Shown: piece after piece, positions 63,707-64,000 of the stretch
How positions within the stretch are numbered: the first letter of the stretch is position 1
Layout of the letters: every line of letters starts with the position of its first letter
Assembly: GCA_038087875.1 (NCBI GenBank)
Contig: CM075992.1
Coordinates: forward strand, 2,668,001-2,732,000
DNA from: Malacoraja senta
Lineage: Eukaryota
Direction: 5' to 3'
DNA: 64,000 bases
Made by a program: the position numbers and the translations under genes
The notes under the pieces: model-generated
Databases searched by the model: none
The model's input: only the letters and a program-made list of their open reading frames with translations
Told to the model about the DNA's origin: nothing

Positions 63707-64000
63707 TCGCAGAGCAAAGCTGACATCGGGCCAAATACATGGCAGCCAAGAATCATCCAAGATCACTGGCAAGCAAAATGGGAATGACTTACAAACTATA
63801 CATGTAAAAGCTTATCCCACATGCAGTTGCTGGCAGCTGTCACATATGATTTGAATAAGGAAAAAGCAGAATTGATTATCATATCCAAATAGGCTCATGA
63901 ACAGATTTAAATCATTCAGTAAAGGGCAGGGTTGTGGCTTGAGTCAGGTTCGCAGAAAACCAAAGCAATTGCAGATGGTGAATAATTTACTTGCCAAGAA

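Overview
Vertebrate genomic DNA, most likely a cartilaginous fish (skate/ray-like; inferred from HE1/V-SINE, CR1/HER1, Rex1 and Penelope repeat content). The first 33 kb hold two + strand genes in tandem. The first is the 3' part of the Janus kinase TYK2: one pseudokinase exon, six kinase exons, stop at 12683 and a probable ~3.6 kb 3'UTR. The second is RAVER1 exons 1-10, with a CpG-rich promoter, three RRMs and PTB-interacting motifs. Two 200-N gaps (1232-1431, 33365-33564) probably hide two TYK2 exons and the RAVER1 3' exons. I found no host exon after 33.6 kb; that region is dominated by retroelements, including a near-complete disabled CR1 LINE. Main observations: (1) an abundant Penelope-derived fold-back repeat family with minimal hammerhead ribozyme cores and TSDs; (2) a TSD-flanked ~410 bp Ingi/Vingi-like bipartite element with an inverted 5' half; (3) GC-rich non-autonomous elements sharing a hairpin; (4) at least five PTB-binding (PRI)-type motifs in RAVER1; (5) a dense GCACTT seed cluster in the TYK2 3'UTR. 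Repeat boundaries are approximate.
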